64,000 nt of DNA from Dimorphilus gyrociliatus (lineage: Eukaryota; Animalia; Annelida). Of this stretch, positions 28,301 to 41,991 are shown in pieces. The notes below the pieces were generated by a model. That model was not told the origin of the DNA. It made no database searches and saw only the letters and a list, made by a program, of their open reading frames with translations. How positions within the stretch are numbered: position 1 is the first letter of the stretch; each line of letters opens with the position of its first letter. Made by a program: the position numbers and the translations under genes. The stretch is from positions 1,364,001 through 1,428,000 of the forward strand of contig CAJFCJ010000003.1 of assembly GCA_904063045.1 (NCBI GenBank), given 5' to 3'.

Positions 28301-28894
28301 GTATCTTCAAGGACGATAAATATAAATAGCCCTCGAGATGCCATACTCTCTTCTCCTATAAAATTATGCAATACGACTTTGTTAACAAGAAAGAATAACG
28401 TTTTTATGAATAGTTTACATTTAAGATCTGTCGACTACGAGAATGCTGGATTTTATGCTTGTATTATTAAATTGGGTTCAGCTGATATTGAACTTCAATT
28501 ATTCGAGTTGAAAATTGAGCAGGTAAATGAAGATAATTCAACGAGAATTATTCTAATAGCAACTATCTCGGGAGCCGTACTCTTCCTTCTCATATTCACT
28601 TTCGCTTGCATTTATAATAAACATCGCAACAAGACGGGTCATCCTTCGAATAGAAGTACAAAGAGTTCATCTAGCGGTTCAACTTGCGTTTACAAAAAGT
28701 GCACGCCAACTCCACCACCACACCAGAATATTATGTTAAACTATTACAAGCAACAGCAACAACCTGATTTTGGACTTATATCTTATCATACAATCAGTAG
28801 TAACGATGGATCTTATAATTCAAGGGATAGAGGTATCGGATTTAGTGCCCAGCATATACCTCCAGCTCCTCCCCCTTCCGCCCAATTTGTTTAA
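22391..28894 (+). CDS. FGFRL1: FGFRL1/nou-darake-like receptor: signal peptide, 3 Ig domains, one TM helix, short kinase-less tail; about 7 exons
   Basis: Exon 22391 MYYNGVYLFLTVLIINTILIWS; Ig1 LNCP..EW / EDEGEYRCKATNGYGALS (compare FGFRL1 EDAGVYVCKATNGFGSLS); Ig2 LDCS..IEWY..EDSGKYKCKVSN; Ig3 FKC..ENAGFYAC; TM IILIATISGAVLFLLIFTFACIY; stop at 28894 with no kinase domain. Confidence 0.8.
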
Positions 28895-29351
28895 AGAAAA
28901 AACAAAGACAGCTTCATTTTTCATATATGTTTTATACAGGGTAAAATGTGTGTACAGTATATCAATGCATTAAATAATTGTTAAGTATATATTCTCAACT
29001 ATTTTTTCTTTTTTTTGACATTTTTTTTGTTAAGAGCCTTATTCTGGGATATTATTTTGTAATACTTTTATCGCTTCAAATTTTTATATTTAAATACAAA
29101 ACTCGTTTATTTAACAATCTCTTTCCCGCTTTTTCATTATTAATAGTATTGTATGATTACTTAATTAATAACCCTTTTCCCCATGCCCGAAAGGGATTGA
29201 CTTCGTCGAATACCAATAACGCCATCTAGTTGTTCATTAAAGATACGTTTTATTTTGAAAAATACGAAAATGCGCAATAAATATGGAGGCGAATTAGAAC
29301 CGCATTCGATGTAAATTTTAATTTTTCATCGTATATTTATAACTGTAAATT

Positions 29352-32300
29352 ATGGCAAATTCCGATAATCATATAGAAAAAATAATTCTTCAACTTTGCC
29401 TTCAAGTTTCCGGCCTAAATAAAGGTTAAGAGAACTTATTATTTTTTGCATGTTTGAACAGAGATATTCGGCTCTTTTACCCTTCTTAATGAATCAATCG
29501 TGAATGATCGCTAACAAATAATTTCTTAATTCTTCAGATAGTATCGGAAAATTATATTCTAACATTTTGGAACAAATACAGAAAAGGTTTGATAAATTTA
29601 TTAACAGATATGTGTGACCTCAATTTTTTCTTCTTTTTTACTCATTGACTTCAGTCAACAATTGGCATCGGATACAAATGAAATTCAGGTTGTTGAAAGA
29701 ATAAAAAAGAAATGTAAGTTGATGTTTTAATATAAAAAAACAATAACCTAGATATGAATAATACGTTTAGAATAATTACTTTATCACTTTCTTAAACAGT
29801 TGTCAGAAAATCAAAGACAAGAGAAGCGAGCAATTTTCAGGATTTTTATAGAAAACTTCGAAATGAGGTATAAAATAATTAAAACCATTATATTATAGTT
29901 TAATTCTACCAATAAAACGACAATAGACAACGATTAAAAATCGTGGATCTCTACTCTGCTTTCTAGAATGTTTATCAAGACTATCTGAGACTACACATTC
30001 TCAAAAATTTCACTTCTCTACTGGAGTCCTTTCAAGACCGACGTCAACGCCAAATCAAAATCCAAATCTGTTTAAAACACCAGCTTCTGTGAATCAACAT
30101 CAAATTCATTCAACCCTTAGTAGTGGGATTTCCAGCATTGGAGGAAGAACTAATGAAACTACCCCGACGCCCAGGTCACATCCCCCGAGGTATATTAAAG
30201 ATTAAAATAGAATAAAGGGATACCTTTTTTTTTAAATGACATATTTGATAGAATTACGAGTTCAGGGAAAACCTTAAATTAACCTTTCCTTTCATTATCT
30301 AAAGTTATTGGAGAACGCCCGCGGCTCAACAATTTCATGGTCAAAATCCCACCTTTCAATATCGCTCTAGTAGCGATCATTATACAACTCAACAATTAAC
30401 CTTCGGATCAACTCCTGGAAATGCATCTACCAAGGCAGCTGGTAAGCATGAGATCTATAACTCTACTGCAAGTGTATTTTATCTTCTATTTTTTAAAATA
30501 GGCGATCCCTACTATGGATCAAAGACGGAGGAAACGACTACTAAGGCTCACATCGAAAGACCTAATAAAAAGAGCGGAGATTGTAATTATTTACCTGAAT
30601 GTTCTTTTACCAATACTTAATTAATAATTCTACAACTGTATCAATAGCAAGCATCATATCGGAAGCTGCTCTCATTAAAGATCTCATTTATAATCTGCAA
30701 GGTATAGATGGGAAATATATTAAATTTGATGTAAATGCCGCAGCCTTCAGACCTTCTAAAATTGTGAGTTATTTTTCTTTAGCCCCAAAGGTCTATAACT
30801 TGGCTGAAATATTATGTTGTTTTACTAACTGTCTTAAATTTCCGTAATTTGTTTATATATAAGGCGGACATTTCTACTTCGAGAAAAGATATCGTATCAA
30901 AAATATCTGAATGCGGTTGGCTATACTTGAAAGTTAGAAAGTACACTGACTTAAGAAGTTTAGAAAAGAGCTTTGGCCTAGTTGGACAGGTTCCTATTTA
31001 TATATCTGCGACTATGTACGGAATTAATGATAATTAATATTTCATTAGTGTTTTTGTGCTGCCTTAAATAACGAATTGACAGAATTCTATCACTTGGTTG
31101 CTGTTCTCGATTCTCAAGCTTTACAAGATGAAGATCAGGGTGTAACTGTTGGAGAAGGTGTTCTCACTCTCAGGAGATTACTATTATGGTCATATGAACC
31201 GTTAGTCCGGTTACGTTCCTTAGCGGCTTTAGTTGATGTGTGCCAAGGAAAGAAGGGGGGAAGTTTAGCCAGCATCATTTACTCTTATTCACAACACGGG
31301 GATGTGACAATAAAGTGTCTTATGGAATATTTATTGATGAAAGTAGTACAACCAATTTTTGTAACAATTATTCGTTGGATTTACGAAGGAGAGTTGCAAG
31401 ATTCATATAATGAAGTACTATATATTCTTTTTTCCGTTGATTTAGTTCAATTGGTGTGTCTTTTCTTTTTTACTACAGTTTTTTGTATCTTCTGATCCGA
31501 CGGTGAAAGAGGATAAACTTTGGCACGAAAAATATTCTTTAAGAAAATCTATGATTCCATCATTTATTCCCATGGAACAGGCGCGAAAGGTAAGAGGATT
31601 TATTTTCTTGGGTTATTAGCTAGAAGAATATGGAATTTCTTTGGAGACTAAACATTATGATGAAATTACGAACGGCCATTCTTAACTAATTTGATGATTG
31701 TTCACCCACCTTCTGATAAACCTTCTAAGAAATCACTTAGCCTATATACTAAAAGAAAAGAAATTGATTCATACAGTTTCTCACGAATATTTCTTTGTGC
31801 TAGATTCTTTTAACCGGAAAATCCATTAACTTTCTACATCACGTTTGTCACGATGAAACAAATGTTAGAGAACTCGAAGCTGTAAAATTAGCAGAAACTC
31901 ACCAGGGTAAATTTTATCCTATTAGCTGTACATCTAACCTAACATTGAGTAATCAATTTTTTCCTTTACTATTCAGTTGAAACTATATTTAGACAAGACT
32001 CTAATCAAATATTCGATAGAATGGTTGAGACGGTTTATGAAGAGACAAGCACAGCTTTGTTGGAAGTTTTACAAAAACGTTATAAATTCCTTGATCATCT
32101 TCAGGTTTAGTTCAATTTGGCTTAAAAAATCTTATAAAATAATCCATCTTTTCAAACAGGCTCTTCGGCGATATTTACTCTTAGGTCAAGGTGATTTTAT
32201 TCGGCACCTAATGGATTTACTCCAGTAAATAGTATTCCAAAATCGACGACTTTTATTTAATATCAACTTATTTTGCAGTGACGATTTATCAAAGTCTGCA

Positions 32301-33498
32301 ACTTCCCTTTATTTACACAATTTATCTGGGGTGTTGGAGACGGCAATTAGGGGTACTAACGCTCAATTCGACGACAGTGACATACTTAAACGATTGGACG
32401 TTCGTTTGCTAGAGGTTTGTAGCTTTAGATGATATATTACTTAGTTCTAATTGATAATTTTTTTAAAATTAAAAAGGTATCCGGCAATGAAGTTGGCTGG
32501 GATGTCTTTTCGCTAGACTATAGGGTCGATGGACCTATATCGACTGTATTTACACCAGAATGCATGATTATTTATTTAAGAATTTTTAACTTTCTTTGGA
32601 GAGCGAAACGTATGGAGTATGCCCTGTCAGCTATTTGGAGAGAACAAGTAGCAAATGCAAGACTTTTACGGAATATGCCAGGTATTTATAAATTATAAAA
32701 CTTTCCTTTACATTTATCATATACAAAGAGAAGGAAGTTTATTGAGTGTTTCTTTTTTCCAGAGTTAACTGAAATATTGCACAACAGTCATATGCTTTGC
32801 TCACAAATGATACATTTTGTTCAACAAATGCAATATTACATAAACTTTGAGGTAAGTTTACTGAATTAATCGTATTACTGCTTATCTTTTATTGTTTGTC
32901 TTTGTACTTAGGTGCTGGAATGTTCGTGGGAACAGTTGCTTCTTAAAGTAAACGAAGCAAAGGATTTAGATCACGTAATAGCTGCACATCAAGAGTTTTT
33001 AGATACGATAACTTGTCGATGTTTATTGGATGTAGAATCATCTAAGATACTTGCCGAACTTAGAGCAATTTTCGATCAGATTATTATTTTCCAACTATCT
33101 CAGCGTAAATTTTACGAGAAAACTAAACACGAATTGCATCTTCGAGACTTGTTTGAAGAAAATATGAAAAAACGAACTGCTCTTAATGAATGGGGAATAA
33201 CAGAAGCTGAGGAAGAAGTGGAAATGAATAGACGCAAAGAATTTATTGAAAAAGAGGTTAAGGTCTCTAGTTCGGCAGTTATCGTCTTAGCCAATTCATA
33301 TAGAGTAAGTTGAGGAAATTATATTTCAATATTTTCATAAAAAATTACTATTGTAAACAGTTGATGGTTGGAGGTTTTCTCTCAGAATTAGCATCTCATA
33401 GTGATCAAGGCTTAACATATTTGAGTTTTCGATTGAATTTCAACGAGCATTACAATTTGAAAGAAGTGGAAAACCTAATTAGTAAAACGGAGAGATAA
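29352..33498 (+). CDS. TUBGCP3: Gamma-tubulin complex component 3, about 16 exons
   Basis: [16 protein letters not shown] start; [86 protein letters not shown] and [11 protein letters not shown]. The junction near 29585-29655 is the least certain. Confidence 0.95.
31655..31719 (+). ncRNA. Candidate intronic box C/D snoRNA
   Basis: C box ATGATGA 31657-31663, degenerate D' CTTA 31681-31684, C' TGATGA 31692-31697 and D box CTGA 31713-31716, inside an unusually long (213-nt) TUBGCP3 intron with the D box 87 nt before the 3' splice site. GAACGGCCAT (31670-31679) is complementary to conserved 18S AUGGCCGUUC. Confidence 0.4.
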
Positions 33499-33647
33499 TC
33501 TTAGCTTACTTTAAAAATTTTGACCGTTTCTATAATACTTTTTGGTCATGTAATTACTGCAGTATCCTGTTTTAATCATGTAGTATAGCTATGTATTTGA
33601 AAGAAAAATATAGAATTAAATTGTGAAAAATCCAAACATTTTCATTT

Positions 33648-35208
33648 CTATCGTTTCTTAAATTTCTTAAACAAGGGATGAACATTTTTTCTTCTTGATT
33701 CCAAATAAACAGAATCATCGGCACCTGACATAGAAGCCATATTACCAGGTCTTCGAAACACTTTTTTCGAATTAATAAATGCATCCAGAGGCATTTTTTC
33801 TTCCTCCGCGTCGGCTTCATTTGCTCTTTGTACTTCCTCCAATAATTTCAATTGTTCATCTCTCGTTCCATATGATAATTGTTCTTCCTCCATACCACTT
33901 AATTTAGTAATGACTTTATAACTATATCCCTGATTAATTAGAAAACGCTGTCTCTTTGACTGATACAGCATTTCAATAGTGTCTTGTGAAACCAAAGAGT
34001 AAAAGAAAGCATTGTACTCGTCTATTGGAGATCCTTTTTTTGCTCTTAAAATTCTACCCAGACGTTGGGCTTCTTGACGTCTTGAACCACCATGAGAAGA
34101 GATTTGTATCAGAACATTTGCCTCAGGCAAATCAAAAGAGTTATCTGCTACTTTTGATACAAAGATTACATTAACTTTCGGATTCATTTTGAAATTATCC
34201 AGGATATTTAATCGCTCTCTTTGGGCAGTAGGTCCATACAGAAAGGGCCTAATATGAAAGGAAAAAAATCATAAATCAAAAAAGAAATGAACTTAAGGTT
34301 AATCAATGGAATCGATTAATGCATACTTGCTCATCTTCACAGCATATTTCTTTAATGCAAATACATTATCGGAGAAAACGATTATTTTATCATTTCTTCT
34401 TTCGTGGTACTTAATAAGATATTCGCAAGCGCGAAATTTATTTGGATTTGTAACGTATAAAAGCAGTTGTTTTCTCGTTCTTGTTCCTAGGTATTCTTTA
34501 AAGAATTCAGGTGTCATAGGACACCATACCTCTGCACACTGAACCCTTGCAATATAACCGCCTTGCTGTAATTCCAACCAGTTTGCTTCATACAGTTTTG
34601 GACCAATTAAAAAGTTTAAATCAGTAATTTTGTCGTCCTCTCTCACGAGGGTCGCTGTTAAACCCAATTTTGTGTGGCATTGTACAACAGATAAAACTCT
34701 TCTGAACATTTTGGCGGGTATAAACTGAACTTCATCCAGCAACATTAAACCCCATTCTTGATTTTGAAGCCATTCCATAACCCTTTCGGCTTCCCAAGAT
34801 CTTTTATTGGAATGAGAAATCATGGAATATGTACTAATGCAAATAGAGCATCCCGTGGGCTTGTCTTTAGCATCAGAGGTAAATCGACAAATAAGTTTAT
34901 CATCTACTGTCGACCACATTAAGAACTAAGAAATTTGAAAGACATTACAATTAGTCAGTTTCAAAGGTAAATAATATGTTTCCTGACCTGTGATCTCCAT
35001 TGTTCGACAGCAACTCCGGATGTGCACAAGACTAAACAACGCTTCTTAACGGTACAAGCTGCCGTAACGCCTACTAAAGTTTTACCTGCACCGCAAGGTA
35101 GAACAATAATTCCTGAGCGCGCACGTCCATTTCCAAACATTTTTCTTAAACTCTTTTCCTGATAAGGCCTCAAAGTTGTACTTGGCTTCAAATTGATACT
35201 AAATAAAG

Positions 35209-35239
<31 letters not shown>

Positions 35240-36791
35240 CTGTATATAAATGACATATTTCATGGATTCTAATAAGCATATTTACTTTATATCAGGGTTG
35301 ATAGTGTCATTCCGAAAATCGTACTCGGCCAGCAAAGGATATTCCAGCTCAATACATCTCATTTAAGAAAGGTAATGAAAAAAAAACTATTTACTTTCTT
35401 CGTGAAATATTCAACAAATAAGTTGTTTACCTTCTTTGAACATTTTCTAATGATTCTTGTTTAATCTCAAATGAAACAGTTTTTAAATCTTTATCATCTT
35501 CGTCTTCATCCTTATCCATTTTTTCAAAGAAATTACTTATATCATCTGGGACTTTAGAGGCTTCATTCCCATTTTCAACCCCTTCTTTCTCGCCCTATTA
35601 GCAGATAAAAAAAAATAACTATTTTGTGTGATAGGTATATGATGTTCCAGTTTATAAATTACTCCTCAATTTACGCCAAGGTCACTTTGCGAAAAGTTTA
35701 CGGAAGAGCAGAATATTGCAAAAAAAGTCTAATAATAAACTAACTGGTAAATAAACTTTAGAATTTGATTTTTTTTCTGAATTTTCTTCCTCTTTCAAGT
35801 GACTTTCTTCTTTGACGAGACGACAGGCAGCAATTTCTGGATCTCTTAGTAGTTTTTGTAAAATTTCCTAAAGTTAGAATTTTTTTTATAAATAAATATT
35901 TTCCAAATTTGACAATAAAAATTACGTACCGGATGTCGACTCTCAATAAAATATTTATTATGTTTTAATACCATTTTAACCTTTCCATAGCTCACCGTAC
36001 ACAACTGCAAAAATTCGATACTTTCGTTCGTACAAAATATATTAAGTAATCAAACAAACCTTTATAAATTCTACTATTCCTTCAGGTAAAGTAGTTTTAC
36101 ACAGTCGTTTCAAATATTCGATTATATCGTTCGTTTGTAAGCCAACAGAAACGGCAGCATATAAGGAATAAGCTGTCAATTTATATTCGTGAATGTGTTC
36201 CGGTCGACTTACTGGCTGTTAAAATGTTTTTTTTAAAGAGAATTTCTTAAATTATGAAGCAAAAAGTAAATTTACTTCGGATATGGCAATGAGAAAGTCG
36301 TGGGCATGTTTGTAAACTGGGGAGAAGGATTCCAGGAAAATGTGACCATTGGGTGCCTTAGAGAAATATTGAAGTTATCAATAGTGAACTAAAAGATGAT
36401 TATCGATTTGCGTTACTCACAACATATAACGGTCTGGCATTATGATCTAGCTTTAACTCTAAAATACTTCTATAATCCTTAGCGCCAAACTCGTCTTCAG
36501 CAGCAGTTGAAATTTCTTTATCCATATCATTTTTTGAAGCGATTTTTGGAACTGAAGATAATTACATCAGACTCATTATTCATCAAAAGCTATTTTCACC
36601 CACCACTTTGAGGATCCTCTGGTTCATCATCAATCTCATCGTATTGGCTATCTTCTTGGTCTTCTACAAACTTCCCTTTTTTCGCCTTCCGCTTTTCTAA
36701 ATAATGAAATTAATATCTAAATACTGGCCTAAATTGGTAAAGAGTTGCGGAACAAACCTTTGTCTTTTCTATCTCTCTTATGGTTACCCAT
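33648..36791 (-). CDS. ERCC3: TFIIH DNA helicase XPB, about 11 exons
   Basis: [93 protein letters not shown] and [23 protein letters not shown]. Confidence 0.98.
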
Positions 36792-37065
36792 GTTGCTTCT
36801 TTAATGTAACGATTAAATAATTAAATTAACTTTTGCTATGAAGCTATAATTGTAATAAGCTGAATCGGTAATTGAGAAACACTCCGTTGTTACCAGTTTC
36901 TACCGGAACTACTAGTTTACCAATCAAGAATGGGCTATTCCCCAAAAGGGATTCCCTTGTTTTGGACGTTTTAAAAGCATTTTCGCTGTTTAACCATATC
37001 TTATTATTAGGACAGTAAATATCAACTTTAACATAGACAAGAAGGTAGGGGGAAATATCGTAAGG

Positions 37066-38915
37066 ATGCCTTCAATGAAGTTGCTCTCTAGCGATGCGAT
37101 CACTCGTTTGATGAGTATTCTGCTCAAAGTACCAGCGTTGTTTATCGCTGAAGCTTGGTACAGAACTAATCCAGATGATCTTACCACGGAGTATTCTAAA
37201 AGAATTCAAGAAATGAACATTCGACATTCTCATGAAGAGTTATTTGTCATGATTATGTACTATGGGTGTAAGTACTATTCATAATACGTTAAGTAAACAA
37301 TTTATGATTACATAATGATCAATGTACATAATGATATCTTCGATTTATAGCCCTTTTATTGGCTGCTGCTGTTCTTATTCTACCATTGAAACGACTAGTC
37401 ACACTGTACAAGCATATTGCCAGCGCTTTATTGCTCATTGCCGCACATTTTTTATCCCAAATTTATGTGCAGGAGGAGCAGACATCCTCAATTAAGAATG
37501 TACTTGATGATATTAAAAGTTTGCAAAGAATTGGTGTACACCTGATGGGGCAATGCTGTTTAGCCGCAACAATTTCTTACCTAATTCAGTTGAATTCTGC
37601 GTTTCGTATCAGTTTGCTGGTCTACGCTCTTCCTATTGTTGGTCGAATTTTGGGATTCGAGACGAATCAATTGCAGCGTTTACATAATTCAGCGTTCATT
37701 ATAGCAATATTCTTGGTTGTGTCTTTTCTATTCAATAACGTTCCGAAAGTGCTTGATAAAGTTCGGCTTGAATTAGCTAGAGCTTTTTTAGCTGTTCAAG
37801 TAATTGGAACGGTTCCATTTGTTATTGCCATGTTGATGCAGTTGCTAATTCCAGTTCAGTTTCTCACTTTTTGGCTCTTATTATTTGCCGTACAAGCCTA
37901 TAAGTATGTAGGAGGAGCTTGGCTGATTTCCAAACGATGGCTAGTCCTTCTTTTAGCTAGTGTTGTAGATTCTTGTCAAACGCCTATCAGTCTTGTTGGT
38001 CTATGTATAACCATATCGTATGTTTCATATCTTGTTATAACCGTTTCGAGAATGTTTTTGCAAGGAAATAGAAGACCAATAGCTGACAATACTTCTTCTA
38101 ATGGATGGACAGAAGGACTTACGATGTTTCTCTTAGCCGTTCAGACTGGAATGATTGAGTTGAAACAACAAGAGAGAGCATTCCTTATGGTAATTATTTT
38201 GTTTATAGTCTTATCTTCGTTAATACAATCAGTCTACGAAATGACCGACCCTCTACTTTTGACTCTGGGAGCGTCTCAAAATAAGTCAGTGTTCAAACAC
38301 GTGAGAGCAGTTGCACTTTGTACAATTTTATGGTTAGCACCTTTATATATGACCAGAGCAATTTGCAAACAATTTGACCTGGATTTTTGGTTATTAGTGG
38401 TTGTGTCGAGTTGCGTGTTGACTTCCGTTCAAGTGTTTGGATCCCTCTTTGTCTATGTGTTATTTATTTACGATGCTATACGAGCAAGACCAATGGCAAG
38501 TTTAGACGATGTCGTCTATTACGCGAAGGCAGCTACCAGAACTCTGGAATTTTTGGTCGCAGTCTTTGTTGTTGCCTACGGAATCAGAGAAACTTTGTTC
38601 GGAGACTGGAGTCTTGTTAATACGTTCATACTAATTATACATTGTTATTGCAATGTATGGTTGAGATTGCAATCAGGTTGGAAAAGCTACCTACAAAGAA
38701 GAGAAGCTGTAAAAAGAGTCAGCTCCTTGCCAGTAGCTACAGACGAGGAATTGGAGGAGTTCAATGATGTTTGTCCAATTTGTTATAACAAATTAACCTC
38801 TTCGGCTTGCTCAACTCCATGCAAACATTACTTCCACGCACTATGTCTTAGAAAATGGTTTTACGTGCAAGATTCCTGTCCACTGTGCCATTCCAAGATT
38901 GACATAAAGCAATGA
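37066..38915 (+). CDS. RNF145: ER membrane RING E3 ligase RNF145 (TRC8-type N-terminal domain plus RING-H2), 2 exons (intron 37271-37350)
   Basis: GWTEGLTMFLLAVQTGMIEL, DPLLLTLGASQNKSVFKH, DFWLLVVVSSCVLTSVQV, NVWLRLQSGWKSYL and RING CPICY..CKHYFHALCLRKWFYVQDSCPLCH. Confidence 0.95.
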
Positions 38916-41900
38916 GAATTAACAAAAACTACCAGCCAATATGTCAGTGTTTTTATCCATACTGCTCGTAAAAAAAAGCGCATTTGTTTCTTTCTTTAAT
39001 CATTTTTTTTTTAATAATTTATTGCATAAAAACGAAAAATTTATGTTTGAAAACTATTATTAATTTCTCTCTAAGAACAGATTGACAAACTTTAATAATA
39101 ATCAGAATAAAAAAAACCACTAATTATATGATTTATGTATAAAAAGTTGAATAATTTGTTTTTTCTTATCTTATACTATAAAATAGAATCAGTGAAAAAA
39201 ACGTTGATAATTAATAACATCTCATATTTTCATTTTAAGTCGGTCGATATACAAATTGATAAAAAGTAAAAACATTGATTAAATAGATAATATATCAAAT
39301 CAATTTTGAAATTTAATGCGAATAACATCTAGTTATAAATAAATAAGGAATGCTAACGATATCTGTATATACAGAATATATACTAATATATACATATATG
39401 GTATATATATATCCTGTGTATATCTAAAACACTTAAATATATTTTATACGATATACATACTTTCTTTTTAATACAACTGAGAGGTTATTACCCTTTTACT
39501 GACATTATCTATAACGATTTATTTTAGGTTTATTGGTAAGATTTTCAAATTTTCGACATTTTACTAAACTGGTACTTTCCTTGGCAATTATTTCGACTTA
39601 TGTTGAATATAATTGGAAAAAAAACACTGATCTAAGAAGGATGACCTTGTATAACAATTTTATATACCAATAATAATGAACCTATCTTATGAATGATGAA
39701 ACCTTTTCTTCGAACTTTCTAGTCTTGTTTATTTTTGACATCTGCGACATAACAAATCCGATTGATTTGACTGAATTGTAAAAAAGACAGAAGTGAAAGG
39801 TAATGAGTGGAAAATTATAGGAAAGAAATTGATTTTCTATTTCGATATTAGAACAAAGAGAGAACGAATAGAGTTGACTTTTGTTAACTAAAGAGACTAA
39901 AAAATAGTCTTATTTGTATCTGATAAGGTGATTCTATCTGCCAAGCACCAAGTCACGCTCTATAAGCACATGTCTAGCGTTCTATTACTAATTTCTGCAC
40001 ATTTCCTCTTACAAGTTCTTGAGAAGGAAGAGTAAAAATCTTCAATTAAGACTGTCCTCGACCGCTGTAAAAAGTTGACAAATGATAGTAGCATGTATTT
40101 ATATTAAAGTATAATTGGATTGTCTTTATAATTCTAATATTTTTCTTTCTATGTCAAATACTGTAATAAGTATGTTTAAAGAGAACAGTTTATTATAGGA
40201 TATAATAGAAAACTGCAAACTATTACGTATTAACCAATTTAATATGAGAAATAAAAATCTGCTTACAGCATGCAGCACATACAACGTATATACAAACTAT
40301 CCATTTACAATCTTAGCAATTCTGTCTTTTCAGATAACTTTCAAATTCAGGTCAATTCATTTTTTTTCTCTTTTATATTATTCGTCCAACTTTGTTGGTA
40401 CTTTGTGCATCTTCAAAAGACGTTTGGATCTTGTTTTTAGCCAGGTTCTTGTAGGATACCTATCAATCTAATTGGATCTCTTGTAAGTAAATTGTAAGTA
40501 ATCAGTTCGGTAACAATGCCCTTGAAAAATGATTATATGAGAGAATAATATAAGATGATTTGAGAAAGTAAGTCACAAATCTATAAATAGAAGGACGAGT
40601 GAACCCCTTTGTTTTAATATTATTGTTTAACTGTAGATAAATTAAGAATAATAATTAAAAACTAAGATCTGTCAGCTAAACTCATCATTAAATCATCTAG
40701 TAATTATATAAAAGACTACTATTGTACATATTGTATATAGTACAAAAGGAAAACTAGACTTTTTTTGAAGATCGACATATTTGCAGTTAATTTTTCATTA
40801 GAATTTTGAGATAAACATTAATTAGGAGAGTAGTAATGTTGTATTCTCCTCTGTTTTTGTTTAGCTAGAGTAAGCAAGAAAATATAAAATGACCATTGTA
40901 GGAGATATTCTTATGCTTGAAAAGAGGAAGATAAACTATTCGGAAAGGAGTAATAATGCGGTAATACTATGCAACTAGTTTCGATTCCGAACAGGCGATT
41001 TTGGATGAAAAGACCTGTATAAATGTAAATAATTAAAATAGCCGCCTGACATTTCTACTAATTCGGCTAACAACTACTAATCCCTTCTTAAACGAATGTC
41101 AGTCCGGCCTTCTTCTTAAATGGCGCAACTAATAGAAATTGCGTACGGTTTAGACGCTCGTTTGATGTTCTCTCTAATCTTATTCTGAGGCAAAGAGCGA
41201 ACTATAAACAAGATTTTCTTTTTCATCCCAAACAAGGAACATGACGACAGTAGCTGCCTTTCTACAGTAGTTTTCCGCCGTGACTAAGTGACTTTTATAA
41301 AAACGCATTCCTCTATCCTTCAACGAGTAATACTTGTATAAAAAGAATAAAATTGGTCTTACTTACCTTTTCTGTCGACGAAAGGTAATTTTGTAGTTCG
41401 TTTATCCGTCTCAATATCCTATTATGTGGTCAGCTGGACCCTTGTCCATTAGCTATAAATAAGAATCTGTATTTTATCACCAGATTCCAACAATCCGAGC
41501 GTATGAAAAAGAAATAGTAAATATCCCTACTATATAGTATAGAGTAACGCCTAAATTAAGGTACAGAATATAGTTACTATATATATCTATACATTAAAAA
41601 TACATTGTAACTTGTAATGAACTATATAAATAATAATAATTGCAATAAAATACAATCAAAAGGAAAAAAAATACTTTGTCTAACTCTTTTAATTGATGGT
41701 AATTCTAACATGTAAGTCTATTTTTTGAAAGCGTAAATTGCCTATTATTTCTCATGGTAGCGTCATAATAGTTGAATAACAGAGTAAGAATATTCACCCA
41801 ATTTACTCTGTGTTATTATTTAAAGAGCAAGTAACATTTTTTTATTCCACTTAAAAAAAATTTTTTCGTGTTGTTTTTTGTCTGTGTTTTCTTGTATTAT

Positions 41901-41960
41901 CTGGAAAGTGTTTCCTACTCTCCTTAAATGTATATATATAGTACAAATATACTATATATT

Positions 41961-41991
<31 letters not shown>

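Noticed and set aside
29585-29655. Possible non-canonical intron near the TUBGCP3 5' end
   Set aside because: A canonical AG|GTTTG donor gives the same spacing as human GCP3. My reading of the acceptor phase was not secure enough to claim an anomaly.
32477-32485. GTATCC resembling a U12-type donor
   Set aside because: It is the start of a coding exon (VSGNEVGWD). No GTATCCTT or ATATCCTT donor with a U12 branch point was found in any intron.
35600-35745. Hairpin plus ACA in a longer ERCC3 intron as an H/ACA snoRNA
   Set aside because: No ANANNA H box and no convincing second hairpin.
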